Positions 1 through 12,800 of a stretch of DNA of 64,000 bases are shown one piece after another. Position 1 is the first letter of the stretch; each line of letters starts with the position of its first letter. The notes beneath the pieces are model-generated. The model had not been told where the DNA came from. It saw nothing but the letters and a program-made list of their open reading frames with translations, and ran no database searches. The position numbers were made by a program, and so were the translations under genes. The DNA comes from Lama guanicoe (Eukaryota): positions 86,833 to 150,832 of the forward strand of contig MU053376.1 in NCBI GenBank assembly GCA_013239625.1, in the 5' to 3' direction.

Positions 1-545
1 GGGGCATATTTTTGGAGGTAGATTAACAGCACTCACTAATTTGATTAGATGAGAAAGAAGGAATTAAAGATAACTCCTAGGTTTTAGGCTCACGCCACTG
101 GGTAGGTGGCGGTACCATTTACTAAGATGGGAATGATGGTACTGGGTGCAAATGGGCTTGTGGGGTGGTGGTTATAGACTCAGTTTTGAACATGTGAGTC
201 CTTGGGTAGAAATGTCAAGTGTATGGCTAGATACGTAAGCCCAAAGTACATTAAAAAGTCTTGGAGTTTTAAATTTTAAAAATTGGGAGAATCAAAAAAA
301 AATTGGGAGAATCATCAGCACATAGTTGGTAAAACCATGGAAACAGATAAAATTTCACCTAGGGAGAAAGGAAAATGGGGTGCAGGAGAGCACACAGGGA
401 ACACCCACCTGGAGACAAAGGTGGAGGAAGAAATATAAATAAGGAAGGCTGAGAAAGAGAAACCAGTGAAGTCAGAAGAAATTCGGGAGAATGTGGAGTC
501 AGAAGAGAGTATTTTAAAGAGGGAGTGATCGACTGGGATAAATGT
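1..545 (-). mobile_element. L2 LINE fragment
   Basis: Purine-rich antisense L2 text (gataactcctaggttttaggct, ccatttactaagatggga, cagttttgaacatgt). Confidence 0.6.
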
Positions 546-2459
546 GTAAGTTTGATGGGTGTTCCCAGGATAGTGTGGTATTATAGAAAGACCTACAGTC
601 TTCAGAGTCATATCACCCCCATCACTTACTGGCTGTGACCTTGAGCTTCCTTTTTCTTCCCTAAATGGGGATAAGGAAACCAGCCTCACAGACCTAGGAT
701 AAGGTACAAACAGATACTATATATGAAAATAGTACTGTGCCTGAGACACAGTAGGCGGGTGCTTATAATGGTCTCAACTTCAGTGGCAGTGACTGGAAGG
801 CTGACAACAAAGACGTGAGAAATAGCAGGTTGGGGTATTGGAGAGACGAGAGCCCACCTCCTACCTCTCAGATTTGCCCTGGCTAAGGGCAGGAGGGATC
901 CGTAATAAAGTTGCCCACTGAAGCTGATCAAGGTCCAAAGGAAAAAGCCCGATATATGGAAAACACAAGCATACTGGCTGGGAGGAGGAACAGCTTAGTG
1001 GCACCTGGGTGACTCTTTCATAGTTTCTGAAATGGCTTCATCCACAGTCATTCAAAAGCCAGACTCTGAAGAGTTAATGCTGACTTCTCTCACCCCCTTA
1101 CTCCCGCCTGTTTCCTCCTTTCCATCCTCCTTACCCCTAGCTTAGCTCAGGCCTGCATTATTTTCACCCTGGTTACTGTCACTGTCTGGTCTCTGGCCTC
1201 CCAGTCTTCAGTTAGACTGATCTCAGCAGAGACCCTGCTTAAAACTATTCTGTTCAATGAGCCAATTGATGGACACGTATTTATTGAGGGCCTGCTGCAG
1301 CTAAACACTAGGGATCCAACAGGGAGCCAGAGAGACACATCTCTGCCCCTGTGGAGCTTACAGTCCAGTGGGGGGAGTCAGACAAATAAACAGTCCCCAT
1401 TCTGTCTACAACTGGGGGACTTCCAGGGCCCATACATAGAATGGGCACCTGACCCAGATTTGGCCATCAAGAAAGGCTCTGGAAGGGTAGATGTCTGGGC
1501 TGAAAACTAAAAGATGAATAAGAGGAGTTAACCAAGGAATGTGGTGGGGGCTGATGGAATCCAAAGCCTTAGTCGGTCTTAGAGCCTGGCTGTCACCTGC
1601 TGAGACACTGGCCAAGTGCACTGTGGCCACAGTGTCATTTGCAGTGCCACTCCTTTAAACTGCTTTACTTTCCAACACCCAATTCAGACAACACCTCCCT
1701 AAAGAAGACTCTGGTCCCTGTCCCAGACCCCAGTTCCTGTGGGGTCCCCATGCCCCATGCACCTGGCTGGTCTCAGCACTCTTCCATTTTACTGCAATCA
1801 TATGTTCATTCACTCGTCTCCTTCCAGAAAGGGCAGAGCACTCTCCCACTCATCCTGGTGTCCCCAGGAGCCCACGTGGGCCATGCATATTGTAGACATT
1901 TAATAAATATATTGATTTAAAGGAATCCACTCCCACCCCACTCCCACCCCGCGTATCTAACAGGTTAGGGGAAAAAAAAATAACTTGAGAGTGCAAAATG
2001 ACAGGTCTAGGGAGTGGTCTGACACATTAGGAAGCAATCTAGCTGAAGGTGGGATCGGGTTCCTAAGGGAGGTTCTGAACAGGGTTTTAAAAAAAACAAA
2101 ACAAAACCCTAAATCCAGGCTGTCTGGAGGGGTTAGGAGACTGGCAGTTGGATGGACAACTTCTTGGGTCTTGCTCTTAGGAGCGAAGATCCTGTGTAGA
2201 GATGTCCTACTTCGGCAGTGGGAGTGGGCAGAATCCACCTCTTCTATTTTCACCAGCCCCTCACTCCACCTCCACCCACCCCCGCCCCCTAGGAACCTTA
2301 GCTCTTCCCTTTCCAACAGAGGTTTCCAGCTGTTGATGCCTGGAGGGACCTGGCTGCAGGGAGGAGGAGGGAACTCTCTGTCCCTCCCTCCTTCTCCATC
2401 TCCCCACCCTTCCTCCCTCCCCCTCCCGCTGCCGGCTCTCTGTCTCCCTCCCTCTTTCT

Positions 2460-3054
2460 CCTCCGAGGCTGTGGAGTCGCCTCGCGGCAGCGAACAGCGA
2501 GCGCCCTGATCCCAGTCCCGGCTTGGAACTGAACTGTGCGAGTGCGGGTCCTGGAACCCCGGCCCGGGAGCGGCGAGCCCGGATCTGAGCCTGGGGCGCA
2601 GCGATCAGCCTCCCAGGCCCTGATTCGAGACCGAGGCGCGGAGCGCGGAGCCCGAGAGCCGGGGCCGGCCCGCGCAGCGTCCGGCGACTCCGGGAGCGGG
2701 ACTGCGGAAGGCAGGGAGACGGCCGCGAGCCGAGGGCAGAGGGCAGAGTGCAGAGAGCGGCCTGGCCGGGAGGAGGGAGCCGCCTGGCCGGAACCGAGCT
2801 CTCCGCCCGGGCCGGCGGCCGGCGGCGGGGTGCGGACCCGGGGTGGCCACGAGTCCCGAGCGACTTCCCGGCCGACGGCGGGTGGGGGGGGCGTGCCTCC
2901 TCCCAGCCTAGCCGCCCCAGCCCCGCGCGCGCCCGTCCGCTGCGTCGCCGGGGCATGTGAGCGGGAAGCCCAGGCTGCCAGCCGTGAGGACCCGGACCGG
3001 AGGAGGAGCAGGAGCGCGGAGCCGCGAGCCCCGAGCCCAGCGACCGGCTGAGTA
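2460..3054 (+). other. SOX13: Putative SOX13 non-coding exon 1 (5' end uncertain)
   Basis: Lies within the CpG island and ends at consensus donor AGTA|gtaagt (3055); exon 2 begins 1 nt before its ATG, so an upstream exon is required. Confidence 0.7.
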
Positions 3055-3856
3055 GTAAGTGCTCCCCCTCAGCGCCCGGCGCGCGCCGCCGCGCCCCTTT
3101 CCCCAGCCCTCCGAAGTTTTGACACTCGCGACCCCACGTTTCTGGGCACACACCGGCTCTCGTCTCTGCGAGTTTACATCTTTTGCAAAGTTTTCCGAAA
3201 AGGAATGGACCCCCACCTACCCACCCCATTACGCCAGCAGCGGCGGCTCCTCGCGGGCGTGGATCTGGGTCCTTGTGGAGAGGGGTGGCAGCCTCTTAAG
3301 GCCGTGGGTGAGTGTGTCTGTGTCTGTGTCTGTGTGCGCACAACACGGGCCGAGCTTGGGGTGCCCCCCGCCCCACGCTTGCTCCTTACCCACCGGTTGG
3401 AGGCACTAAGGCTTTCTTACCAACCCATCTGTGTGCCCAATTCAAGGATTTCCCAGCGGGAAGCCGAGGCGTCCAAGTGCGCGCCCCGCGTGGGACTCGA
3501 GTGCCCGCGAGGAGACGCGGATCTACCCTGCCCTGGTTGTGTGGGGGTCCGGGGGCCAGCCACGCAACCCTTCCCACCCTTCCAGGTTCGTTCCCCAGCG
3601 GACCAGCCGGGCGCTGCATCCTGTTTGTTTTCTGCTCTGGCTGCTCCAGTTTCACCTCCCTCCCTCCTCCCACCCTAGCCTCCTTATCACCCCCCACCTC
3701 CCGCCTTTGGATGTCGGAGGTGAATCTTTTTATCCCTATTTCACTGCAAAAGCCTGAGGGCAGGGAGGTAGGGAGGTAGAGAGGTGCGGAGGGGGCTAGT
3801 TGCTCTGTTCCCAGCTGCTCGCCATTGTTTTCCCACCCCGCGCGTTCTGTACGTAA

Positions 3857-3918
3857 ACACACACACACACACACACACACACGTACACACACACTCACAC
3901 ACACACGTGTGTGCGCGC
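3857..3918. repeat. Interrupted (CA)n microsatellite ending in GTGTGTGCGCGC
   Basis: Direct reading. Confidence 0.95.
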
Positions 3919-4619
3919 CGGCTGCTTCGAGTCCCCAGACGCGCAGGAATCGCCTGCGGGATTCTTCCATCTGCCCGCCTGGCCTTCCAGGCTGGAGGTG
4001 CTCCATTACTTAACTGGAGCTGGGGAGGGCGAGAGACGTGGGGGTTGCCCGAGAGTCCCGGGCGGAGCCGCGAGCCATGCCTGGGCGGGAAGTGAATTTT
4101 GAACTTCAGCCCTGGACCTTTCCGGGAGGACCCCGAGCGCACGAGCCGCGGCTTCCCGCCTTGGAGGGCCGACGGCAGCTGCAAGGACTCCAACGGCGCT
4201 CTTGGCAGCCGCCTCGGTGACAGGCGCTAGGAGGAAGCCGAGGAGTTTTCCTGGGAAGTTTGCTTTGACTCTGTGGGAATTTCCGGGCAGGGCGCCTTGG
4301 CGTTGGCGCTGGTGAAGGGGTCTGGCGAAAGACAACCAGAGACGATGCTGCTGCTTTGGGCGGAGTTTCCAGAGACCCTGGTTTCTACCGTGCTCGCCTG
4401 GGAAGTGGCGCTCGAGATGCTGGGATTCCGCATACTTTGGTCCTCATTCCCCACCTATAGGCAGCTTGAGCTTGGGCGAGTCCCTTAACTTTTCTAGATT
4501 TTCCCTCATGCAAAATGGGCAGAATTATGCACACATCTTTGAAACCGGCGTCTAATGATCAGTTAGGGGATGCTGGTTTGGAAGGCATGAACGCGAGGAG
4601 GGTAGTTGGACCACTGAAA

Positions 4620-4855
4620 GCCCAGCTTAGTGGTTAAGAGCCAGGACTCTGGAGTTAGATCCCAGATCCTGCCACTGGAAACATGATCTTGAGAAGTTTA
4701 ACCTCACTGCTCTGTCTCAGTTTGCTCATCTGTAAATGGGCTTAATATGAACAGTACCTCTCTCACGGGATTGTCTTGAGGATTAAGTCTTAATAAAGTC
4801 AAGCTCATGCAACAGTACCGGGCACATAAGCACTGGAGAAATGTTAACTATTACT
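4620..4855 (+). mobile_element. MIR SINE
   Basis: tagtggttaagagccaggactctggagttaga...ctctgtctcagtttgctcatctgtaaatggg MIR core. Confidence 0.8.
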
Positions 4856-5814
4856 GCCATTTTTCCTTAAAAACCCCCCCCCCCCCGCCCTTGTACTGAG
4901 CCCTGACAGCATTTTGGGATTGCACTCATTGAGTCAATTATAATAATTGTCCAGTTCTGGGAAGGAAGAAACCTCACACTTCTTCCCATCCTTTTCCTGA
5001 TTTTAGCACCTCAGAGCCTCACTAACCTCCCTGTTAGTTCCATCTTGTGAAGTCTTTTATCTTTTTTCTTTTTCTCTTTCCTCCCTTCTTCCCTCACTCC
5101 CTCCCTTCACAATTTTTGTAAAGCACTACATTTCCTCCATTTTCTCATTCTTAAAAACCAGTCTTGGCCCAACTTGGAGGGCTCTCTCAGTGGAAATCAG
5201 GCTCCAGGAAGGTCACATATCAAGGAGGGTGACCTCTGAGTGTCCTGGCGTGGGCTGCTGGCTCAGGGTCAAATGCGCATTTGTGTCTCTGGGGCTGGGT
5301 GAATTTCTGGAGAGAGGAGCCCAGGTGTCTGGGCCCCTGGGGGAAGAATCAGGTGGAATGGGCTGAGGCTGTTCCTCAGGGAGCTCCGCTTCCTGGGTGG
5401 CATCTGTGTCGCCTGCTGCTGGGGCCTATTTGGGAGCCTGGAGTATCCCAGCTGCCTGGGTAGACTGGATTTGGGATTTGGGGTAAGCAAGGGGCAAAAG
5501 TTTCACCTTCAACTTTCCGCTTGCGATTAGAATAGTTTCTAGGAATTTGGGTTTGTCGCAAGCTCCTTGTCTGATTCTAGATCCTGCAAATGTACATCGT
5601 AAGTAAGGGCTGAGCTGAGTGACTGAGGAAGAGCGGGGGGAGGGGGGCTGCTGCCCACCCATGCTGCCTTGGACAATGGGCTTCTCTCTCCTCTCTCTGA
5701 CCCTTCTAACCCCCTCCCCAGGCATGGGAGGATGGCCAGGAGGGTGATTCTTAGTGCTTGGAGATCCTGCAAGTGGGCTCTCAGTGATGAGAACCAGTAT
5801 TGCAGTCACCCTCC

Positions 5815-6390
5815 CTCATCCCTTTAACAAATTTATTGAGCTCCTATTATGTGCCAGGCCCTGTGCTAGGCCACGGGGCTTCGGGGTGAACAAGACATGT
5901 ATGTGCCTGCCTTCACAGAGTCTTCTTTCTAGTGGGAGGAGACTGGCAATAAATAAAATAGATAACCAAGACAATATTAGGTCCTACGTGATGTGAAAGA
6001 AACACAGCACAGTGATGTGATAGAGAATGTATTTTGTGGGACAGACAAGGGTGCTCCTAAATTGGGAGGCCAGTGAAAACTGCCCTGGGGAGACGCTAGC
6101 TCAGCCCAGGCCTGAAGGATGAGAAGGAGCCGGCTGGCTGCACAAAGACCTGAAAGAGGGGCATTCCAGTCAGAGGGAACAGCAAATGAAAACTGCCGGC
6201 AGCCAGAGCAGGGTTTGCAACAGCAGTGTGGCTGGGGAGGGAGACTGGAGAAATCAGAGGAGGGTCAGAGTCTGGTCACAAGGAACCTGGTTGGACTGGT
6301 TAGGAGCCTGGATTTTATGGCCAGGGCATGGGAAGCCATTGGGGAGTTTTAAGTAGGGAAGTGACATGATCTGATTTATGATTTAAAAAG
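5815..6390 (-). mobile_element. L2 LINE 3' end
   Basis: tttaacaaatttattgagctcctattatgtgccaggccctgtgctagg...gggaagccattggggagttttaagtagggaagtgacatgatctgattt. Confidence 0.75.
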
Positions 6391-6429
6391 ATTATTTGGT
6401 ACACAAGAGAAAAAGAGATTATTTGGTAA

Positions 6430-6850
6430 TCAGAGTTGCCTCAGGGGAGGGAAACTGGTGGTCGAGGGATGGGATGAAGGAAAGATTTTTTTTTCTGTAA
6501 ACTCTTGTCCTTTTTGAATTTAATACCATGGGCATATGTCAACTATGCCAAAAAACCTCCCAAACCAAAAAGCATAGTTAAAAAAGAACAGCTTAAACTT
6601 GGAAAACATATATAACAAAAAGTAAAAAAAAAAAAAGATATAAAACTGTGTATTATAGTACCAGTTTTGAAGAGATAATGGTAAGCATATGCATGCCCAT
6701 CATGCATATATATGTAGCAGACTAGATGGCTGCCTTGAAACGTTTACAGAGGTGCATTCTGGGTACTAAGCATATGGGTGATTTTTATTTCCTCCTTTAT
6801 CTTCTGTTGATTTTTCCAATCTTCTGCAGTGGTCCTGAAGTATTTCTATA
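6430..6850 (+). mobile_element. L1ME-like 3' end fragments
   Basis: gttgcctcaggggagggaaactgg...tttgaatttaataccatg pattern with A-rich tails. Confidence 0.55.
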
Positions 6851-9800
6851 AGTGGGGGGGAAAGTGTGAAAAAGGGAAATAGCTTCGGCTGCTAAGTAGT
6901 GAATACTTTGAAGGGGAGCAAGAATGGAAGAAGAGAGGCTGGTTCTGAATTGAGATGATGCTTGGATGGGGTGGGCCGATAGGTCATTCTGGAGGCAGAG
7001 CCAGCAGGTCTCACTAACACACCATTGCCAGACACTGCTCTTGCCTAAGAGAGGCCATTCCACCTCTAGCTTCGATTTTGTGATGAGGAGTGCTGGGATC
7101 GGCAATGGTGACAGACGACTTCCAGTGCCACCTTGGGTTTGGAAATGTGTTGGTTTCCATCCACATCCTTATCCCCATCTTTCCTCCTAGTAAGGAGAGC
7201 CCCATCCTGAACATTTTGCTACTCTGATAATTAGCAGATTCGGGTCAACGCGATGTATACAGTAGGAAGGATTTAGATGTTCATCACATAGCATCTCTGA
7301 GCCTCCATTTCCCCATCTGTGAAATGGGATGATATCTCTCAGAATTGGGTAGGCTCACATCCAATTAAGTATGCAGCAGTGCTCCGTGAATGGTAAGGGT
7401 CTGGATTTGCTGTTGCCAAACAAAGTAGACCTGCTTTTTCAGGGCATCTAGGAGTCCCTGCCTTTGAGGGGCTGACACTGGATTTTACACAGGTTTTCTC
7501 CTCTTTGGGGGTGCTCTGAGATTGGCCCTTATTGGACAGCTCCCTGAGTAGGTCACCAGGAAGCTGACCCCCTGGAAAAGTGGAATTCAAATGCAGCTGT
7601 GCCCTCATGCTCCCTTCCCCAGTCTTATTCAGGGGTGAACCTGAGTGTTGAAAAGGGCTCTGTGCTGGGAAGACCTGGCCAGGCCCACGCTAAATTGTGC
7701 TTTGACTGGGAATTATTTTTGAGCTCTGTGTTTGCTTAGGAGGGCTCGCTCCTGCCTGAACTCGCTACGATCCTCACCCTCTGCTGGTCCCCTTCCTGGT
7801 ACTTGGATGTGCTAGCAGGAAGGCTGTTCCGGTGCCTGTCGCCACACAGGGACCGGGACCCACGGAGGACTGCTTTCATCTCTCCTGTCGTCTCCCTGTC
7901 TCTCTGCTCCCAAGCAGGAAGGCATGCCCTGGATGGGATTCTTTGCCTTGGTGACCCCTGTTTTGACCGCCCCTTCCTTGGTCCTCTTTCTAGTTCCTTG
8001 GGAAGGCTCAGTCAGGACATTTGTCACAAGCCAGCTCAGCAGGGGTGCCTTCAGCCTCTGCCAACTCTGATCAGAGGTGACTCTGTTTCTTTTAAAAATT
8101 CAAGTACTTTCTCTGAACAGCAATGATACGGCAGTTCCTTCCAAAGAGTGGGGTGGGGTGGAGTGGACGGGGCATTCAGTTCAGCCCGAGGGCCTGTTAT
8201 ACCCATGGACCTCGCCAGAGACCCATGAGACCGACCTTGTTCAAGCCTCATGGTGGCAAAGGCCCTTGTGGCTCCCCTAGGAACAGGTTTCCGTCCAGAG
8301 TGACGGTGATCAGAACTCTGAGAGGCTGTGAGGTGAGGAGGAAGTGGCTGGGGTTTCCCCTGCCCACTCCCAAGGTCATCTGTGGGCTAGTGCACGGGCT
8401 GGCATGGCCCAGGGTGTGCCGCAGGCTGCCCAGCATCTCCGCACAGTGTGCACGTGAGGACAGGCCAGGAGCGCAGCAGGGGCTGAGATCTGTACCCAGA
8501 GGCTGAAGATTCTAGCCAGGAGTGTTTGGGTGGGGAATGGTTGTGTTGGGGTGGTGGAGGAGAGGAAGGAAGAACTGGGGACTGTATCTCTAGCTGCCAC
8601 TGGTTTTTTTAAGGAGCATCACTGCCCAGGCCCATTCGGTCACTCCAGGCCGTCAAGCCTGAATTCAGTTCTCTTGAAACACACACAGACTCCCCTCCCC
8701 CCATCAGTGGCCTTAGCATTTAAATGGCCTTGGCACGAAGCCCCATAAGCAGCCTGGGGGATTGTGGCCAGGTTATGGGGGAGGCTTTGGTGTTCCCCTC
8801 CCCACCGCATCTTGTCCCTCTGTCTTCTGGGGACATGTCCGAGGTAGTGTCAGTGTTTTGGCTTGAGGAGAGGGGAACAGGAAGGGGCCGCAGACGGGGC
8901 CAGAGCTCTCAGGCCCTCTTCTCCCCTGGTGGTTTGGGTCTGTAATCCCTGCCAGGCCTGGAGCTCCCTGGGGGATCCGCCCCAGAGGAGGCCAGACTGT
9001 TCCCCTCCCCTCCCCTCCCCTCGGCCTTACCTCCCCCAGTCCCCGCCCCCAGCTTGACTCAGAATGGAATGTGCAGCCTGTGGAACAGGATGGGGTGGGA
9101 ACTAGTTCCCAGAGGGCCTTGGTCCCTGCCCCCCTCCCCACCCCCCACAGAGGGAGTAGGAGCCTCAGGCCTGGGTCCTGCTCCTGGACCGGGCTGGAGG
9201 TGCCCTGCTGCCAATCCCAAGGCAGAAGTGGGTGCAGTGGGGGGCCCAGGTCCAGCCATTTGAAGGAGCAGCCAGGGTAGGGGGATTTCCTTAGAGGTCC
9301 AAGGTGAGGGTGGGTAGCCAGTCAGAGTCCAGGGCAAGCAGATCCATCCCCAGCTCCCATAGCTGGAGGTGGCCAACCTCAGACCTACATCCTTTGTTGA
9401 CTTCTGTTTTGTTTTAATTGTGGCTCATATTTATTTTCTTATTCCTGTATTTCTGTCGTTTCCAAAAGTAGAACAACCATGTGTATTACTCTTGTCATCA
9501 GAACCGAAACGGTTTAAAATCTATCTAGAATTGGCAGACAGTGAAACAGAAAAAGCGGTTGTGGTTTTTCCTCTGGAAGACCAGGAGTCAAGGCTTGACC
9601 AACAGTAGAATATTCTGCAGAAAGAGGGGCCCTTGACAGGTGGGATCATAGTGGAAATATAACAAGATGCTTGTTACACTGGACTGGTACCCTTTCAGGA
9701 TGACCATTGAGGAGGCCCATGGACCCTATGGTGGGCTTTGGGCTGGGGTGGGCTGCCCAGGGACTGGGCCCTGGTACCTGGGAGGAGGTAGGAGGCAGTG

Positions 9801-12800
9801 AGCTGTGGCTTAAGCTGCCCTCACGCTGACAAAAAAATTAACTCCTGCCTGACCACTCCAGGTGGGCCCTGTGCACCTCTGAGTGGAGCAGTGAGGAGCG
9901 TTTTCTGTCTCAGTGTGAAACCTTGGAAATCTTGTCCCCCTACCCCTCCCCAGCCCTACTGAAGGAGCCTGAAGTCATTCACCCACCCCTGTGAGGCTTT
10001 GGTTCCTACCTGTCTCTTGAAGGGTGGGGTGGGGTGGGGTGGGGAAAGAAGAAAGAGTGAGAGGTTAGTGGGGAGGGGCTGGAAGGAAGCCTAAGAGTTT
10101 GAGGACAAGGACAGCCAGGCTCTCAGAGGCCAGTGGGGTGAAGAGAATGGGGGATGAAAGCAGAAGGGAACCCTCCAGCCCTGGCGCTTTCTCAGGCTTG
10201 TCTGGCTCCCCTTTAAGTGGCTGGTGGGGAGGGAGGGCGTGTGTGCATGCATGTGTAAGCGTGTGAAGGTTCCCCGGTAGGACCTACTCTCTGAAGACCT
10301 TGCTCAGTCCCCTCTGGCTCCTGGGGAACCAATCAATGCCTCTGAGAGCCCTCGGGTGACAGTGGACATAAGACCAATGTCAAGAAAGAAAGGGGAGAGT
10401 GACTGGGAGGCAGAGAGGGGCTGGTGCTGAGAAGCAGAGCGAGGTCATCCTCTCACCCCTCCTTCCTGAGCTTCAATTCTCTAGACCCTCGGGGGGGGGG
10501 GGCACATGGATTGGAGTTTCAATTCCACTCTGCCTGGGGGGAGGGCAGTGGGTGATCCCCCTCCTTCCCTCCGTCCCCTCTCTGTAAACACAGTCTCCTC
10601 CCACCGTGTCATTGTGAGTGTGGACTGCAGCCCAGTGCACCATGTGGGGGAGTTCGGCCAGGGGGAGAGCTGGAGAAAGAGGGGAGTGGGTAGGGGAAGA
10701 GCTAGTGGGGAGTCAGTGGGGTCCCCTACCTGGGGCTGATGGGGCAGGAGAGGAAAGCCTCTCGTCTTAATTGAGGTGGAGGACTCAGCTGTCACATTCA
10801 CAGCTACTCTCACCAGGAAATAGGGCAGTGAACAGAGGAAGGGGATCTGCCACATCTGGCCTGGGGTAGAGGTAGGTAGCAGGAGAGCATTCTCTTTGGT
10901 ATCTGAGGAAGTCAAGGCATGAACTTGACTGCTCTCTGTCAAGTTATATTAAGTATACAAATCTGGGTGAATGAGATTCTTGAAGTTGCGCAGTGCACAG
11001 CCTGCAGAGCTGTACAGGAAGGCCCTTTTGGAACCAGTTCAGAGCATCAGAGACCTGTGGTTTTCATAATGTAAGTTCCTTTCTCTTCGCTCTGCCTGGC
11101 CTTAGATTCATACTCCTCGACATAAAACCCTCAATTTGGAGGTGATTTTTGGCTATTTGTTACCGCTTTCTGGATGCTGATTGACTTGGAGTTTGGGGAA
11201 CCAGCACTGAGAAGGGGCTTGTGTGTGAGCAGGGGTATGGATGTATTGGGCATTTTCAGGAGGCCTTGGAGAGTTGGAGTTGTGGAGTCAGAGTCCTGTT
11301 TGGATAATTGGCCCGATGCAGTAGCTCCTGGTTCCCGAGTCCAGGCTGGCTGGGTTTAGGGGCTCCCAGACGGGGCAGGGAAGACTGTAGGGGCAAGTGG
11401 GGAAGAGGGAATGATCCTGCCTCACCCAACAGCAGCCCCTTCCCCAGGCGTTCTGCTGGCCTCTGGCCCACAGGGCCTTCTTTTGTCCCTGCCTTCCTCT
11501 CTCCCTCTTCCATCGTCAAAACTCACCCATCCCTTGTCTTTCAAGATCCTGCTCTTTGATCTCTGAGATGACTGCCTAATCGGATTTACCAATCTAAATT
11601 CCTGCGCTGGTGGCAAATTAACAGGTAATTCCTGAAGCTCTTGAGCCTTTTAACTGGCCACCAGGCCCTGTCCATCCAAGAGGTGACTGTCAAAGTGGGA
11701 GCTTGGGGTGGAGGTGGGGTGGGTGTTTAATTGGGCCCCAGGGGGCTGCTCCATTGCCCACCCACTCTGCAGTTTGGGGGGGTGGGAGTGCCTGCCTCTC
11801 AAATCTGTGCCCTGTACACTGGGGCTGAGAGAAAGCGCAGCCCTTACATAGTTTTGAGGAAGATAGAGATTAGATACTGACTGACAAAGTGAAGGGAGCG
11901 AGGTGTAGGGGGAGGGCTGCAGAACATGAGAGCATCAAGGAAGGGCACCACAACCAGATGTGGGCAGTCAGGGAAGGCTCCCTGTAAGAGGAAACATAAT
12001 GACCTGTAGGGTGAGGAGGAGATAGCTCGGCAAGAACAAGTCAGAGAGAGAGAAGGTTGTAAGGGCAGATCCTCCATGTCTCCCAGGAGCCCACCTGGTT
12101 CTCCAAGGGCATGTCAGATGGTCCTGTCCATCACCAAGGACCCTGGGACATAGTGACTTTGGGGAGGGTGACTAGTGGGCACTCAAAGACCAGGTGGCTA
12201 GGGGCTTCTGGCACCCAGAGGCCTTGTTTGGCTTTGAGTTGTGTGTGCCAGCAAGGGGGAGCATGGGCTTCGGGGCCCGCTAATCTGCACGGGGTGTGCG
12301 GGGGCTTGCCTGTGGTATGTGGGCCCAAGTGGCCCGGGGATTGGAAAGCCAAGCCTCTCCCGGGCAGCTGGGGGGCGGGGGCTGGGGGGCAGGGTCGCTA
12401 AGACCAACTGCGAAATAGCCAGGCTGGCGTTAAATGCCTTTGCTGCTTCTCTCCTCCCCTCCCGTCCCTCCCTGCCCTCCTGAAAATCAACAACTGTGTC
12501 AACAGCGGGGTGATTGTGCTTGGCCGGCAGCCGCCGGGGCTGCCAGGGCTGGGCAGGTGCTGGCAGAGGCCGCCGAGCCCCACGCTGGGAGCAGGCCGGG
12601 TCTGGCTGCCAGGGCTGCAGGATAAACAAGGCCGCACACAGGCTGGCCGGGAGGGAGGGGGGGCCGCAGGCAGGCAGGAGGGAGGACAGGTGTCTCAGGA
12701 GAGCTGCGGACACAAAGGGCCTCTTGTCTCCTCCTCCCTGGCCCCAGGGAGAGGCCCCCTCCCCCTTCTCTCAGGCCCAGCCCCCAGCCCAGTGACCAGG

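Larger units (their letters stand above)
2440..4430 (+). promoter_or_regulatory. CpG island: SOX13 promoter and 5' region
   Basis: Dense CpG/GC-rich tract preceded by a polypyrimidine (CCT/CT) stretch at ~2375-2465; boundaries judged by eye. Confidence 0.85.

Noticed and set aside
2261..3229. 322-aa minus-strand ORF and other overlapping ORFs in the CpG island
   Set aside because: Arg/Pro/Gly/Ala-rich, open in several frames because GC-rich DNA lacks stops; no recognisable domain.
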